From NCBI GenBank assembly GCA_032718475.1, contig JAUCBJ010007324.1, forward strand, positions 1 to 64,000: a DNA stretch of 64,000 bases, in the 5' to 3' direction. A program made the translations under genes and the position numbers. Positions 61,454-64,000 of the stretch are shown one piece after another; position 1 is the first letter of the stretch, and every line of letters begins with the position of its first letter. This DNA comes from Nemertoderma westbladi (taxonomy: Eukaryota > Animalia > Xenacoelomorpha). Below the pieces are notes generated by a model. It was not told the origin of the DNA, did not search any database, and worked only from the letters and a program-made list of their open reading frames with translations.

Positions 61454-64000
61454 CTATTTCCTAACTGTCTTTATGTTTTTTCTAGTTAGTAATTTAACTA
61501 AGTGGCTCTGATTAGTTTTATTCAATAATTCACAGAATACAATAAAGTCATCATAAGGTCTCCTTTTAATGGCTTCTATTAGTTCGCTGTTCCTTTGTAA
61601 ACCAGTCGGCTGATATTTGATCTGCTCAATAAGATTTTCAGTAAGAATATTTCTACTTCTCAATAGCGGTAACAATTCTCTCAGCTCCATGTTATAAACC
61701 AGTTCAACTTTATTCCTCATAAGAATATTTTCAAATTCTACATCAACGTTTCCTTTTATCATATCTACTAAATGTTGTTGGTTTGTTTGTGTTAAACTAT
61801 CCATAAATACTTTCATAATGAACTCTGATTTCCCTTTCAGAGATTCTATAATGGCTCGGCTCTTTAGTATTTTAGTTTCTCTTGTTTCTATAAACTGAAT
61901 CTGATCATTGTTTAGTATAAAACTTTTTTCGATATATAGTAATAACTCAGTTGGTTCAAGTTTTTCTTCAAATTTTTTTGTTTCAACTTTTAAATATTCC
62001 TGATCCTTTGATTTAACTAAAAACCAAGTTTTATATTCCTGAGTTTCTATACTTGCATTATTCTCACAGGTAATTATTGGTTTACTCAAACAATCTGATA
62101 GTAGAATAAAGTGGATACAGGATTCATTGTGGCATTTATATAGGCCATGCCTTTTACATGTATATGAACAAGGACATGTTACTTTCAATTGAAAATCAAC
62201 AATATTGTTTATTTTTCCAGCTGATATAAGTTCTCCCAAGCTGTCAACAATGTAATCTTTTACTCTGTTTGCAAAATCAGAATCTGGAGGACTTATAATA
62301 TTTTCGTTGCTATCAATATTATCTTTAGGTTTCATAAGAACTTTTCTTACAATTTGAACTTTTATTCTAGAAAAATGCCTTGGAGACACATATAGAATTA
62401 TATCGTGATCAACATCACAGTATATAACTACAGACCGGTAGTAAAGAGTTGGTTCAGATTTAATATCTCCAATGAGATACGACCATTCTATAAGGCGTTT
62501 TACTAGTCGATAAAATAGACCCTCAGGTAAAAAACCATTAAATGCAATAAAAAATTCAATATCATTTGCTTTAATAGGGTAAATAGGCTGATTGGCATTC
62601 TGAAGTCTACAAGGTACATAATATGATTTATTCATTTTTGACTTTTTTAACAATGGTTCTGATTCGTCTCCATTACCTGGCACAGTTTCTCCTATTCTTT
62701 CACATATTAAATCAAAACGCTCTAGGATTTTTAACATAAAAGTTTTTTTGAGTCCCATATTACCCCAGATATCGTCCAGTAGATCCCAGTGCAATATACC
62801 CTTGTCATCCAAATCCTCAAAATATTTCAAATTTTTCCAATTGATATGTTCTTTGACTGTAATTATACTGGCAAACATTGAACTTAACCACTCTGGTTTC
62901 AATATAATTGTATCACGCAACGATTCTTCATCAAAATAGATAATTCTACCTCTATCATGGTAAAATTCTAACATTGTCTTTAAACCGGGGTATTCAAATT
63001 CTACTTTTATTTCCTTTAACTTACATTCTAAATCTATAATATCAATATATACGTCATCAATTTTAAGTAATTGAGTTACAAGTTTTTCAAATTTTAAATA
63101 ATCCAAAGGAATTTCTTCCTTAAATTTGTCCATTTCTTTAACAATTTCTAGCTGTAAGTTTTGAAGTTCTTCATCTGAATCTGATCTTGCCTCTTTGCTA
63201 TTTTCCACAGCAAATGCTTCTTTAACTAAAATATTGCAATGCAATGTGGACTTTAATAGTCGGAAAATTTCTTTAAACTTTTTACGAGCTAAAATGTTCT
63301 GAGTTTCTGGATCTTCATGCAAACTGGCTTTCTTTGTTCCAACTAAGAATACTGGAGGACCAGAAATGTTTGCGCCACTTTCTGAATTATTTTTACCAAA
63401 TGTAAATATATTGCGCAACCAAAAATCAATAAATTCTATATTAGTCATCTCGCTATATATCTTATTTATATTCTCTTCATCGGCTCTGAATATAATGTTG
63501 GCTGTTTTATCACCATCTTGGGTAAGATCAAAAACAACTATATAAATAGCCCGTCTACTTAGAAACATCTGATGGGTTGTGTAATAAATACATTGGCCAC
63601 CAAAATCGACTATCTGTAGAGAAAAGCGACTGTCTTCCTCATTAAATTTAGCCAGAATATCTTGAGGTTTACCAGATAACAATATATCCTCTATACCTTT
63701 TGTGACTTCTGAAGGGATATCATATTTATTGCCCTCAAATTTTGATTCATGTGGCGTTACGACTTTTCCGCTATCAGATATTTTTCCTCTTTCGCTATCT
63801 ACTGAAATATCTTCTCTAATTTCCTTGCTGCTTTCTATTTTAACAGGCTTATCATAAGAACTGGTTCTATTATTCATGTCTCTATCGCTATTTTCACCAG
63901 ATATTACTGATAAAGTTGACTGGGCGCCATCAGTGTATATTTTTTCACTGTCCACATTAGAAGCATCTTCTTGAACTTTGAATTCTAGAACACTTTTTGC
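61454..64000 (-). CDS. Roco-family protein, 5'-partial: Roc GTPase (G3-G5), COR, and two C-terminal CARD-like death-fold domains
   Basis: Frame open to the window edge; IVDFGGQCIYYTTHQMFLSRRAIYIVVFDL (Roc G3), PPVFLVGTK (G4), FAVENS (G5), LEFYHDRGRIIYF...IILKPEWL, YYVPCRL, FLPEGLFYRL (COR); ILMRNKVELV...LLPLLRSRNILT...FIVFCELLNKTNQSHLVKLL (CARD). Confidence 0.88.
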   Translation of the reverse strand, partial: AKSVLEFKVQEDASNVDSEKIYTDGAQSTLSVISGENSDRDMNNRTSSYDKPVKIESSKEIREDISVDSERGKISDSGKVVTPHESKFEGNKYDIPSEVTKGIEDILLSGKPQDILAKFNEEDSRFSLQIVDFGGQCIYYTTHQMFLSRRAIYIVVFDLTQDGDKTANIIFRADEENINKIYSEMTNIEFIDFWLRNIFTFGKNNSESGANISGPPVFLVGTKKASLHEDPETQNILARKKFKEIFRLLKSTLHCNILVKEAFAVENSKEARSDSDEELQNLQLEIVKEMDKFKEEIPLDYLKFEKLVTQLLKIDDVYIDIIDLECKLKEIKVEFEYPGLKTMLEFYHDRGRIIYFDEESLRDTIILKPEWLSSMFASIITVKEHINWKNLKYFEDLDDKGILHWDLLDDIWGNMGLKKTFMLKILERFDLICERIGETVPGNGDESEPLLKKSKMNKSYYVPCRLQNANQPIYPIKANDIEFFIAFNGFLPEGLFYRLVKRLIEWSYLIGDIKSEPTLYYRSVVIYCDVDHDIILYVSPRHFSRIKVQIVRKVLMKPKDNIDSNENIISPPDSDFANRVKDYIVDSLGELISAGKINNIVDFQLKVTCPCSYTCKRHGLYKCHNESCIHFILLSDCLSKPIITCENNASIETQEYKTWFLVKSKDQEYLKVETKKFEEKLEPTELLLYIEKSFILNNDQIQFIETRETKILKSRAIIESLKGKSEFIMKVFMDSLTQTNQQHLVDMIKGNVDVEFENILMRNKVELVYNMELRELLPLLRSRNILTENLIEQIKYQPTGLQRNSELIEAIKRRPYDDFIVFCELLNKTNQSHLVKLLTRKNIKTVRK

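Overview
Repeat-dense eukaryotic DNA, most likely an invertebrate animal; no prokaryotic genes or CRISPR arrays. About 5.4-39.5 kb is a nest of transposons. A decayed + strand BEL/Pao LTR retrotransposon (A) is interrupted by an RTE-type LINE, by a Penelope-like element with inverted pseudo-LTRs and hammerhead ribozyme motifs, and by a second BEL/Pao element (B, - strand, 15201-37295). B in turn holds a piggyBac-type MITE and, inside its 3' LTR, a young non-autonomous relative (C, 15266-23002). Target-site duplications are readable at these insertions. The most notable observation is an extra ORF in element B, between integrase and the 3' LTR, that encodes a DEDDy-type (WRN/EXD/RNase D-like) 3'-5' exonuclease fused to three CCHC zinc knuckles. 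The rest of the window has four satellite arrays (54, 57, 49 and 30 bp units). The 49-bp array is visibly amplified from the coding sequence of an RTE LINE family that has a copy 6 kb away. Also present are fragments of CRE-like, CR1-like and Polinton elements, a set of small minus-strand exons without an ORF, and the 3' part of a host Roc-COR-CARD (Roco) gene running off the right edge. All domain calls come from motif recognition by eye, not from database searches.
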